This document shows, in pieces, positions 50,501-62,450 of a stretch of DNA of 64,000 nt. Position 1 is the stretch's first letter, and every line of letters begins with the position of its first letter. Made by a program: the position numbers and the translations under genes. The DNA comes from Enoplolaimus lenunculus. Taxonomy: Eukaryota. The DNA lies in assembly GCA_030248215.1 (NCBI GenBank), contig JASANG010000641.1, positions 248,001 to 312,000 on the forward strand. The letters run 5' to 3'. Below the pieces are notes generated by a model. That model searched no databases and was not told the DNA's origin. It saw only the letters and a list, made by a program, of their open reading frames with translations.

Positions 50501-53500
50501 GTAGCCCCTCCTACCACGGTGAGCTGGCTACGGCCATGCATGATGTACTTTATTGTTTCTTTCCTCGCAGTTGAGCATAAACTGGTTCCATGTTTAGCTA
50601 CCATCAAAATGTAACCACAAAATTTTGCTGGAACGATGTTCCAGTTTTAAATATTTCGGAGCCACGGCACCAATTTAGCTCCGTCGCCAATATTGCTAGT
50701 CACCGCAGTAATGGTCACAACGTCTATTACCTCAAAAATTGTCACTTTGGCTAACCACCACAACAACACATTCTGATTGGTTAAAATTAATAACTAATAC
50801 GGTGTGACGTGATTGGACTTTTTTGTGAACAACAGAATACTCTATCAGGCAGTGGTGAAGGGGTCTACAGTTTTGTAGGACATTTTGATTGGGGTTGGCA
50901 CATTTATTGTTTTCGGATGACATTCACTTCGAGTTATAATAAAAAGCAAACTTAGGTGCCGTGGCTACAGTGGCGAGCCACTGTGCAAGTTTTATTAATA
51001 TAAATATACAAATTACACATTACCAGTGTTCCCGGCATCAGCAAGTGAACCATTTGCAATTTGAATAACATGAGGCGCTGCGTACGGACTATCAGCGGGT
51101 GCAGTGCATGTTCCACGAGGTGCTGCGCCTCTCAAGGTACCGACCGAAAGTACCGTAGAGTTTGGTCCAAAGTTAGTACCGTCGGAACCACAACACAAGA
51201 AACCTTCCTGGCAGTCGAGCAATGTTTGACACGGCGAACAAGTGTAAATCTACACAACCCATAAATAGTTGACCATCGTATAGATAGAATTCAAAATGTT
51301 TTGTATAATACAACGGTAGGTTGATGACATTTAGTTTGTAAAATATCAAGGCATAACATGGGCTCGAATCCATTACCTGACATACACGCCCGTAGCGAAC
51401 TAACCTTGCTAGGGGGGGGCTAAAATTTTTTTCAGAAGGTCCATTCTAGCGCTTTTAATGACTCACACGCAAGGTTGAAAATTTTCTAAGCGGAGCGAAA
51501 ATTTATCCGGGGGGGCTGAGCTTCCACCCCCTGGAGCACCTTGGCTACTATCCCGCTGACGTAGCTGAAATAATCTTTGATACACTGTTTACGGATATTG
51601 CAGGTAAAAATTATAAACGAAAGGCGATTTTGCGCTGGACGTCAATCTGTTATGGAAATTGATCCAGAAACTTAAAGTTTTTAAGCAGTGTTTTTATACA
51701 GGAAAACTATTTAAGGATTTGCTGGACTTTTTAAATTTTAACATATTTTTGGCTGAAATATCGTTTCACATCAAACACGGAAGAAGTTAAGCCATTGCGA
51801 CTAAATAGCAGATAACCACATGGTTCAAGTATTGCAAGTCTACTTTATATAGATAACTTTCAACCTTGAGGTGAGCTGGATACGCGCATGGGTGAACCGT
51901 ACGATCCCGATGAAACAAAGCTTTTCAAATTTCATTCATTCACAAAACTGCATTTTCACATACGTTTCAAGGTGAAAAGTAAAACAAAAACAGATTAGAG
52001 AGCACACGTACCTTATTTGCCAATGGACACTTTTCCAACGTCGCTTTCGGATTTGGTTTCAGAGTCGTAGTCAACTCGGCGACCCACAAGTCGAATTTGA
52101 ACTCCTGTTCAGTTTCGTTTGGCGGAGGAATCGTTACTCCGTTAAATTTTGGAGCTATCAACTCCGGTTGTGTGATTGTGGGCACTTGACTCAAGCCCTG
52201 TATTTGAAACCCTGTTGGGAGTAACAAGCGGGGGTGAACAGTCTTAAAATGTTGTGGTGCTGGTGTTGTTGAAATATGAATGGAACTTTCTGTGTTGGGT
52301 TGAGTTAAAACTGAAGTTTCTGTTGTTACCAAGACGTCAGGTTTTAAATAATGTTGGCCATTATTGGGTACAGTATCAACAGCGGTAGTGTTATTTAACT
52401 CCGAAGTACTTTTAACGGCAGAAGAATTAAGTCCGTGATTTCCGTTGGAACCGGAACCTGATGCCAATATTGGTTCCGGTGTAGATTTGTGTTTCAAATT
52501 GCGCAACACGATATTCGCTAGTCGTTCTGGTTGACGCCTGAAACCGTTAAGATTAAATTTTAAATTTCATTAATCGTTTTGGTACGTTTCAAAATCTCCG
52601 GGTAAATACACTTCTTGACGTTGTTTGTCTATACGCGTTTAGAAACAAGTTATTTGTCTGAAAGCCAAATGTTTTAAAATAAACCAATTAAACAATTGTT
52701 TTTTACTTTAAAATAAAACCTAATTTTGACGGATATTAAAGTTTGACACGATCGTTTTAATTTCAAATTTAACGACATAGAATGTTTGTCTGAAATCTTA
52801 AATTTTACTCAGGTTACGATTTTAAAACGTTTTCCAAAACACAAGTCTATCCGCAATCAATACTAATACTGCAATACTAAAATCAACTGCATTCTTCCCG
52901 AATCTGGACAATTTGTCTATTTTTTTATTCAAATTAATCACCTCGAAACCTGTACACGTCTGGCGTTTTGATACGGTTCCGCCCGGTATCCTGCAACTCG
53001 GTGTTCCACCGGTTTTGAACCTTGAGCATATCCTACTGAACCAGTCCGTTTAAACGCATCGAATAACGGCAAAGTGCCACCGTAAACGTTTGCTTGATTT
53101 GTGAATCCCGATTCAGCGTAGAACGATTTGCTTTTGACAAACGATGTTTGACCGCCCCTGGTTGGATCTTGAGGTGGAGTTGAACTTGGCCGAAAGATCA
53201 CTAGCGTCTGTTGATCTTGGTGTTTGGGTTGCTCGTCTCCATGATAGTCGCCGAGAGGTTCGAGTCGAAATCGAGGAGATTTTCGTGACGGAAATTCAAC
53301 TGGGGCTTCGTGTACGAGCAAATGATGATGAATTGCTGAAAACCAAAAATATAAATGTCGGCGTTTAGCAAAAAGTAATTTGAGTGACAGTTTGAGTTGT
53401 ATGTTTTAATTGTGATTATTTGCGAAAAAATGTGTGAAAACAAATTCGTTCAAAACGAATGTTTTTTTTCTAGAAGTAGCCAAAATATCACTGCTGTATG

Positions 53501-55739
53501 TCTAAGTCTGGAGGACAAGCGAACACTCCTATTATAATTTTAAAATTTGGCGAATGTTTCTATTAGAAAAAGTGTTTCATTTCAAATTCATCGTTTTTAT
53601 TTAAGAAAAACAAAGTTTAGAAAACCACATTCCATATTGCTTTGACCAAACGTTATTCATACAAATATATATATTATATGTATATGTATATTATATATTA
53701 TAGTTTTAACAGAAGTATTCTTCTATGAATATTTGATAATATATATTTTGAGTAACAGGCCACTATAATCACCCCTTATGCTACCTTCTCCATCTGAAAC
53801 CAAACTGTGGTCTGTTAGATCTTGGTCGAGGCCAGCTGCTACAGGATACTGCAATCCCTGCCGTGAACCCCTCAAAATTGCTGGAGTTTCTTTGCGCATA
53901 GGACCTGCAAGCGCTGCGCCATGTCTTCCATACTTGCCATGCTGCGAACCAACTTGACTCGGCCCATATCCTAGGCTGGAGACGTGTACAGGATCAACTA
54001 TCCGAGTAGGTTCATGTTTTGATAGCTCTAACTGTTGACCATACAAATGGCGTCGTGTCTTAGTGCCACCCCTCCTGCTCGCAGCTGGTGTTCGAAGCTG
54101 ATCATGATCAAAGCCCCCCGAGCGTCTATCGTATATCACCAACGTTTTTAGTTCTCCGTTTGGATTCGGTACGAGTATTGGATGTTTGTTTCCTTGTTGG
54201 TGCAGTTGCTTTTGCTGTTCCTGATGTCCAGACTTCGGGCGGTTTTGTCTCTTTGTTTTCTCGTTTTTATTGTTGAAAACAATAAATTCTTTTGTCGCCT
54301 GTTGACTTTTCGCTTTAGATCCAGTGTGCGCCATTTGTTCAGCGTCAATATGTGGCATAAATTCCAATTGTTCTGGTCGAAGACTAAACCTGGGCAGTGA
54401 CTGACTATTTGCAAGTTTTCGAACGCGGAGTGAATACAATTCTTGGTGTTGGCCAAAATGTCTCATTCGGTTCGCGTTGTCAACCAGTTGCTTGTAGTAC
54501 AACAATGGACGATTATTGATAAAGTTTTCATTTTCGCCTACGGCCAATCCGTGTTTACTTGGACGTCGTCGTGTCATCGCTTTTCTTGATTTTACACTGG
54601 TCAGTGCTAATTGTTTTGCTGATGCCAGCGTTCCATCTCTGCGATCAATATTGATTTTTTCAACAAATTTTGGCTGAGAATCGGTCGAAAATTCAACTAC
54701 ATTTCGATGTTTCACAGTCTGTTTGTCGTACGCTGGCGTTGAATGTTTTAATAAATGCTTCATTGCTCTTCGATCGTAGCTTCGGCCCAAAATCAACGGT
54801 CTATGCAAGTATTGTCTCAAGTATGCCGACAGACCCTTGTGCGGAGCCAATCCAAGACTGATTTTGTTCTTTTGAAATATACATTCCTGACCTTTGCATT
54901 TATTTGCTGTTTTCATTGAGTTTTCTTGTGAATTTTTTGAGTCAGCCTCGTTCGAGTCCTCAGCGAAAGCAGGGCGAATTTGAACAATACTTTGACTTTT
55001 TTCAAACTCAACTTGTGAATCGGCTTGTCTCTGACGCTTTTCATCCCTGTCGAGCTCTGGTTTGTGACCTTTTTTCGCAACTACTAAACTCGGTGTACCA
55101 TAATGGTGACGATTTTGAAGCGAGTTTTGCGATCGTTGCTGCGATGGTACAAAATTGACAAAGTTATACTTAATCCGAGGCTGTTGCGGTTGAGATTCGT
55201 TTTTCGACGGTGTAAACAAGCTAACATTGGCTAAAACAAATGGATTTCCAACTAACTGTATTCGATCAACAGGATATGGAGTGTCTTGGGGTTTCAGTAG
55301 GCCATTTCCGCTGTTGGCATTGCTTGTTTTCTTGTTGTTGTTGTTGTTGTTGCTATTGTTGTTGTCGTCGTCGTCTTTGTTGTTGTTGTCGTTGTTGCTG
55401 TAGTTGTAGTAGTTGTCTTTATTGTTTTTGTTGTTTCTGATGTTCTCAACATCGTATAAATCTCGTCCCGATCCAGCGATGTATAAAATGGTTGCGGGTT
55501 TGTTTCGCGATCGCATCATTTCTTCGTACTGACGAAGTTGCCGTTCGGAGCTCATTGGTTTTGTTTCGTCGTTGTATTGTTTGTTCAATATATCTTCTAT
55601 GTCTATTGGTCGTCCACGATGTTGCTCTTGATTGCTTTCCAAATGACCATAAGGTTCTGTTATATCGTCATCCAGTTCGCCTCGCTTTTGTTGCGTTAGT
55701 TTTTGTTCTTTCTTTTGTCGTTCCTTCTCCTCCTCCTCC

Positions 55740-55773
<34 letters not shown>

Positions 55774-57004
55774 GACGATAGTGGTGTTGTTGCTGATGAT
55801 CATCGCTCCGCTGTTGTTGGATGTGATGTTGTTGATTATGTTGCTGCGTCTGTTGTTGTCGTTGTTGTTGTTGGTGTTGTTGTTGTAGTTTTCGTTCTGA
55901 CTGCTGGTGTTGCTGTTGTTGTTCTTTTTCAAACCGCTGATGCTGTTCAACTTGGACTCGAAGTTGTTCTTGACGCCGTTTTAACAAATCGAGTTGCCGT
56001 TGTCGATCAGAAACAAATTTTGCCATTTGTGCCAGATGTTGGTTTAACAGTTGCTCAGGATTTTCAGTTGATGTCTGTATTAACTGAGTGGTTGTTTCTG
56101 TTGCGTCTATTGCAGCGACGCTTCTGGGATGTTGCTCGATAGAAAAATTCGGCCATTCCTGCAATCCGAGAGGGACACCTTGTTCCGATGATGCAACTTC
56201 GCGCAGCACAGGGTTTCCTAACTCATATTTGGTTAACATTTGCAGATGTCGACCTAGGGTACTCAAAGAATCACCCCTATTATAAAATTGAGATTCCTCG
56301 TTTTGCTGGTTGGCTGCTGATTCCCGGGCGCTGATGTATTCCACGTCGGGCAATCTTAGATCTTGGTTCTGTTGTATTTTCACAGCTGGTTTTTGATGAA
56401 ATCCTAAAGACTCAAGCTCACCGCTTTTTTCATACAGGGTTGCACCCCTGATTTTTTGCCGTGGCACCGAAATAAGAGATGGTTCTATAAGCGTCGCCCG
56501 AACCGGAACGCGATTGCGTAGCTGAGAACGTTGTGAAAAATAAAATCTGCCAGAAAGCCTTTCTGCTGCATCATTTGCGTTTCCTTCATTCCGATTGGCT
56601 ACGTTCTGCAAGTATTCTTCACCAATAGATTTTCGACTGGTTTCGCCACTATCTCGGTTGTGATTGGCTAATTTGGTACGAGTATTTTCGCCAATAAATT
56701 CACCGCTTGCGACTTCATCAATTTGTTTTGTTTCACCACGACCTGCTGACGATCGATCATGGGCTGCGTCGACAGAAAATCGGTAACAAACTGTAATGTT
56801 TGGGAATTCTTCTCTCATGTCGCAAATTTGGTCCCGCGGGCATGGTTTTCCATAATCGCAACGTAAAGGATTACCTTCCTCATTAAAATAAGGTTTAATG
56901 TACGGAGACAAAGATGAACTTATTGGAATTACGGCAGTTATCACAAATAGGAAGCATATTAGAACACACGCGGGAGCAGATTTTGAATATAATAATTGCG
57001 ACAT
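47548..57004 (-). CDS. Predicted secreted ~1685-aa protein: signal peptide, 4-Cys module, Q/N-rich and Thr-rich regions, Cys-rich segment, C-terminal MBLAC1/SWIP-10-like metallo-beta-lactamase fold lacking metal ligands
   Basis: Phase-consistent exons: 57004-53785, 53335-52942, 52537-52012, 51249-51024, 50184-49899, 48697-48507, 47762-47548 (5058 nt including TGA). N-terminus MSQLLYSKSAPACVLICFLFVITAVIPISS. MBL-fold motifs SSVTLI, VLVLDVG, VRPVDVTMIVTT, LRTPGR..DEVSVIVEN, VAIVGDLF and SRRRIACSVDWIIPGRGEMFRV match the MBLAC1 motif order (GSVTLV, ILVDTG, VAPGDVTLVVGTHGHSDH, TPGH, VAGDVF, ADVVVPGHG.PFRV). The start could instead be the ATG at 57043 or an upstream exon. Confidence 0.82.
48089..48161 (+). 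pseudogene. Degenerate tRNA-like sequence (CGC anticodon loop); tRNA pseudogene or SINE head, antisense in an intron
   Basis: Acceptor-like CCGCGC/GCGTGG; D-region GATGTAATGGCTAGCGC; anticodon stem CTTGC/GCGAG with loop CTCGCAA; variable AGGT; TTCGATT T-loop with a mismatched T-stem. Confidence 0.55.
49615..49891. mobile_element. PIF/Harbinger (Tourist-like) MITE
   Basis: TIR GTCCTGTTCACACGTGCAAG / CTTGCACGTGTGAATAGAAC with TAA on both sides (49612-49614, 49892-49894). Interior is made of TTGCA/TGCAA repeats. Confidence 0.8.
55331..55925 (-). repeat. CAA/AAC-rich coding low-complexity tracts (polyQ, polyN)
   Basis: (TTG)n runs on the + strand inside the first coding exon of the secreted protein. 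Confidence 0.85.
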
Positions 57005-57064
57005 TATGCCATTGCCTGCGGCAAACGGCTTAAATATGAACATAGTATGAAATATCTATAAATG

Positions 57065-57330
57065 AATCCCTTTCTCACATGAATATTCAACATTACGTAT
57101 AACTAATTTCAAACCAGGATTCGGATAGCAGCCTGACTGGTGGACGGCGTCTACAATCACCACCCAGTTATAAGAGTTTGACGGTCGAGTTCGAAGAGAC
57201 TGACATTTGTTGTGGCGATTTTGAACTGCGCTTTACGCGTAATAATTAATTCCTACACAGTGCGTAACCTATTTACTTTCGTATATAAATTGCGCTAAGT
57301 TGCTCGCAGTCCAATTATGCGACAGGAGGT
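57065..57330. mobile_element. Degenerate copy of the piggyBac-like, tRNA-box-carrying element
   Basis: AATCCCTTTCTCACATGAATATT...CCAGGATTCG...ATCACCACCCAGTTATA, similar to 59911-60180. Confidence 0.6.
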
Positions 57331-57462
57331 CAAAAATTTTTGCATCCAAAAGTAACGGTTAGCATATCTCCGATTTCCAGTGAAATGAATTTCCTTGCTT
57401 AAGTGTCACAAAGACATTGTGTGTACGAAAAAATGAGATCCATCAGACGCGTTACGTTTTTA

Positions 57463-57665
57463 GGCCAATGTATAGAACAGTGCCGCTACTGTAGTGTAAG
57501 CATATTCTTAAGCCGAAACCTAAAACTAAACCTAAGCATAAGCGTAAGAATGAACTCATATCTAAATCTAAGCCTTAACAAAAACAAATTAGTGTCGAGC
57601 ATAAACATAGTCTGTTGCTCTTTCAAAAAAACGTTCCAGCCGTGATGTTTTTATATACATGAGCA
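57463..57665. mobile_element. MITE, TTAGGC-carrying family
   Basis: TTA|GGCCAATGTATAGAACA...ATACATGAGC; internal CCTAAGC repeats. Confidence 0.65.
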
Positions 57666-59060
57666 TGTTTTTGGTATACCTACTCCACTTCGTTTCGTGG
57701 AAAGGCAACTTAGGCAAACGTAGAATATTTTATAGCATGGTCGTTGACAATTTCTCAATTGCAATGTGTGGTACAATCCAAAAAACGTAAGTTCATTATT
57801 ATTTGACTATGGTTTAAGGTACTAAACCTGCAATTCCTACTTTTTGCTTTCACACAGACTTCTTCGCTATCAATGGTAAAGCACATATCATTCATTGAGA
57901 TGCGGCTCTTAAAAGATCATGATTTGGTAGCAACTAAAGTAGGGATATTAAAATTTTTCACTTCACTTATAAAATTTTAGCAAAACTATCACGACGGGCC
58001 CGTATTCTCAAATTTGTATAGCACCTATTACCAGTTAATCATAGGTCTTGTTACTTTCGAACCAGTAAACGCTGACGTTTAAAATGCGGCATACTTTTCG
58101 CGCATAGTTGATTCTACTTCCGTACCAATTTTGAGTTTAATAATTGTAATAGTGAATTTAAAAACCTAATACTAACTGATGATATTTTGCTATACATATT
58201 TGAGAAGAATTTGGACCCAGATTTAACTCTAAGAACATTTTCAATTCTGAACCGTACTGTACAGGTAAATTTCACAAATTATTCATATTTAAATATGTAC
58301 TGTCGTAAAGAATAGAAAAAACAAATTAAAGCAAGCATATGCTATTGACTACGTTCGTCTTTACAAAATGTTCTCACTTTTATTTCAAACTTTGTGACGA
58401 GTTAACTTTTTAACTCAAATATTTATACTTTTAATGACGACGCCGGCACATTTTTGCAAGTTGAGATGCCTTTATAATATGCAACAAACGCAAATATTCA
58501 CAGTTTGTGCTTGGCAAACAGCGAAGCGAACGCTCAATTTCGTAGTAAACTTTAATAGCAGCTTTTCAGTCTGACATGAGGCAGATGTACTCAACGAAGT
58601 GAAGAATTTGACAGAACCGTCTGATTCGTGATAATAACGAATTTTTCCATTTCTGAAACCATGATTATGCTAAGTTTCTGACCGAAACGTCATGTTTAGC
58701 AAACATTTGCGCAAACCGCAAAAAATAAAATCAGTTACAAGTTTTGCGTTCATTTCTCAAAAATTAAGAAATGAAATTTTTTATCATAAAATTACAAATT
58801 TTCCAGTATATTACATTAGTGACCCGAATAAGAGGGGGTAATAAGAGGGGCTCCCTATTTTGAGTTTCAATCAATAGAGTCCGTATGGCTAATAGGAGTC
58901 CGTAAGCGGATAGAGTCCTTAAACCCTTATTAGAGTCCATAAATTGCCAATTATCCCAAATTGTAGAACTATATGAGCTTGACGATCGAGCTCCAAGGCA
59001 TGTCTCATAGTCGTGCAGGCTGACAAGTGGCTCCAAAGGTTTGCGTTTAGCAAAATTTTT

Positions 59061-59255
59061 GACCCATGTTGGTTTCAGGGGCGTCCAGATTTCTGGTGGG
59101 TCAATAAAAAGTAGGTTTCGATTCTAGATTACATTTTTCGCTTAACCTTAGGTTTAGGCTTAGGCTTAGGAATACATTTTTGCAACGGTTAGGCTTAGGC
59201 TTAGGCTTAGAAGTACGCTTAATCTACTGTTATGCCACTTAAAGTAACATTGGCC
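59061..59255. mobile_element. MITE, TTAGGC-carrying family
   Basis: GACCCATGTT...AACATTGGCC; two (TTAGGC)n blocks. Confidence 0.75.
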
Positions 59256-59910
59256 AAATTTTTATGAAACCATTTGCTAAAAATTGTGTTATCACTCGAT
59301 TTCTTCTAAAATCCGCTGTTTTAGTTTAATACTCCGTTTTTGCAAATCTTCCATCCTTTGTTTTTATAATTTTAACTGTACGCTACGTCATATGGATAAA
59401 AATTAATTGTACTTTTGAATTAATAATGGAACAAAAAGAACACGAGCACAACAGTATTATAAGCATTATCCTAAGCCTAAGCAAATGTACCCAGTGCGCG
59501 TTGAATTTTAGGCCAATTCCTCTCTTGTTTAGTGGTGTATTTTCAAACGATATTTAAAGATTAACAATTCTCAATCCCCTTAAATAAATAAGGTACAGTG
59601 CCCTCTAATATCTTCAAGTTGCAAGCTGTTGTTTAATATAGGTCGCCTAATTAAAGAGGGGCGGTCGGCCAGAAACGCAACGGCCGGCGGGTACATTTTG
59701 TGCCATGGTCCCGCGCGTCAGGTTTCACACAAGTTTTTATGGTTGGCATCATTTACTCTTGATCAAACCGATGAATATCCATTAAAATGAACAAGAATGA
59801 TGTAACCTAACAGGAAATTGGTGGAAAAATATATTTCAACATGGATGCACTCGCAAGGCAGTGATTAGTACATTGTGACTAGATTTACAGACTATACCAA
59901 ATTGTTTTTG

Positions 59911-60180
59911 TTAACCCTTTCTCACATGAATATTTTATATTTCCCTGACACCTACTGTTATGCTAGGATTCGAACTCCAGTGACTGGAGTGGGTGGCGTA
60001 TACCATCACCACTCAGCTATAGGAGCTTGACGCTCGAGCCCGAGGGGGCTCTCACGTCGTGTGGTGATTTAGTACTATGTATACGTGTTGCAATTGTTAA
60101 ACACGGTGCGATATATACTATTTAACGTATATACACTGCGCTGAGTTGCCAATAGGCAACGCAATGTGAGAAGGGATTAA
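59911..60180. mobile_element. piggyBac-like non-autonomous element containing tRNA-type A and B boxes
   Basis: TTAA-CCCTTTCTCACAT ... ATGTGAGAAGGGA-TTAA. Minus-strand TAGCTGAGTGGT (60019-60008) and GTTCGAATCC (59975-59966). Confidence 0.7.
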
Positions 60181-62450
60181 TCCAAACACAAAATTTTAGT
60201 TTTTTTTGCATGATACGTTTAGAAGAACTATGTGGACAACCAGAAGTATAAAACAGCAAAATGGATTATGATCCGTGTTCCTTTGAAATTTTGACGTCGC
60301 CGCCAAGGGTGGCATATTCAGACTATTTGAACAACAAACGTCTGAACCGATTGTTTGCATTTTTTACTGTTTAACAGCTTACATAAAACGTCGCGGTAGG
60401 TTGCAGGAGGTTGGGGCTGCAACTGTTGGTGTACTATGAGTTTTTCTGGGTGCAGGTTTAAAATTGGCTTAAAACGGTGATGACTTTGGGAACCCAGCCC
60501 AGCAAAAGAAACTACCTAAAAAGAGTCCGACGGAATTTTTAAACGTAAACATATTGTGTTACAATTATTTGACCACTCTCAAGCCCTGTAGTCACATGAT
60601 ATGCATTTGTTCTTCGTCGCTTCAGTCCCAAACGGATATTTTTAACTAATTTTTTCTCGTTAGTAGAACTATTAAACTTTATGACTCGGGGGTATACCGA
60701 AAGGAGCCGAGAAATACGCTTAATCTACTGTTACGCCCCTTAAAGTAACACTGGCCATTGCGAGGTCTTTCACTCATCATTTTTCGAAAAATTTTGCCAC
60801 GGCGCTGTTCAAAAGAAGACATCAAATTCAAACTCTTCAACACGATCAGCTCAAAACTAAAGATAGTAATAAAAATTGCGCAAAGCTTCACAATTTACAC
60901 AAGGCCAGATCGGGGGGTTCGGTTTGTTGGTTTGGACTTCGTACTTCATCAAATAAGCAATCTGTTGCGACTGTAACGAAGCGATTTAATACTGAAACAA
61001 TGTATACTGTATTATATTAATAAAAGCTTTTTGTCCCTAAGGCGACACACATCAGGCAATCCCACCACTGCACTCAAAATAATATTTCTGATATTTAAGA
61101 AAAAATTTCTTGCATTTAAGAAAGCAAGGTGAACTTGAAAAGTATTTCTGTTATAACAGATAAGTTTTCAATAAAGTTTTGAAATAAAGTCTCAAAATTA
61201 ACGTTTTCCAGTTATTTTTAGAAAAATTGTCTTCAATATCAGAAAAAGTTTTAAGATTTGCCGCAGAAAATACTTTTCTAAATAAAATCAGAAATACTTT
61301 TTTGTGTGTTGTGCTTAAAGTTTATTTAAGTACGAGCACCCGTGGAATGTGGTTTCAATATTGTGATAAACAATTTACAATGTTTACAAGTATTTTTGCA
61401 ACGTCAGTAGTTTTTGTCAAATTGTATTTTTGAACCAGATTTTTTGATCTGTCTTATCGAAAAGCTTACGTACCAAAAATACTTCTTGTACGAAAATACA
61501 TTTGACCGCAGCATAAACACACGTTGCTATATGCAGTACGCGTATACCGCAATTAATATAAATTGTGCAAAATATGAAAATTTTCTCTGTAATTTGGGCA
61601 GTAAGCGCAAAATGTTTAATTAACCAATAATTTTCTTTCTAAGTTTTTTATTTGGTAGCGAAAATGGTTTTTTTTAAAATGACGGTACTCACCAAAATAT
61701 AACTTGAAAAACTTTATTTAGTATAACTTTTAGTTGGACCATTTAGAAATAGTTTCTTATCGACACGACGTCTTTTTACTGAATATTAATGACTATTAGC
61801 GGTTTTAAATGGGCGGTTTAGGAGGGAAGCGTACGCCCCCCCATCAGAAACAATTGTCGCGTTTTTATGAAATTTACATTTCCGCCACCTCGTCCGAAAT
61901 TTCACAATCCGTTACTGTCAATGCCAGTCATAAGCCAAGTGATACTTATGCAGTTTTTTTCGGCTCTTATACACTTTTCGCACATACTACGTTTTTGGTT
62001 AAACTCAGATTTAGGCTCAGGAAAGACTTACTCAGCTACTACATAAACCTAAACTTCAACCTAAAGCCTAAACCGAAGACCCCGGTTGGACGGGCGCAGA
62101 AAATGTACCTGGTACATTGATATAAACTGACACCGCCGCTGACCTTATTCAATGGCTCATAATCTGCCTCTCGCTCACGGGGCAAATTCCCGTAGGCCAC
62201 ATGGCCAGTCCATTGGTGCCTAAACCAAAGTTCGTACCTTAAATGTGGCACAGAAAGTGTACAAAAGCCTTATTTTGAAGATCCGGCTCAATAGGCACAA
62301 GTGTCTACCGATCCGCTTAGCTCCGGAAGAAATTACATTTACGTTTTGTGCTATATTCCTTTCATTATTTGTAGTTACATTTTTGATTTTTATAATCATT
62401 ACACACACCGCGGTCGCATTAATTTTAGAACAATATTTTGCCAAGTAATA

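Noticed and set aside
55240..56142. Plus-strand poly-Val/Leu/Cys ORFs (also 26314-26499)
   Set aside because: They are antisense shadows of CAA/AAC repeats in the real minus-strand exons.
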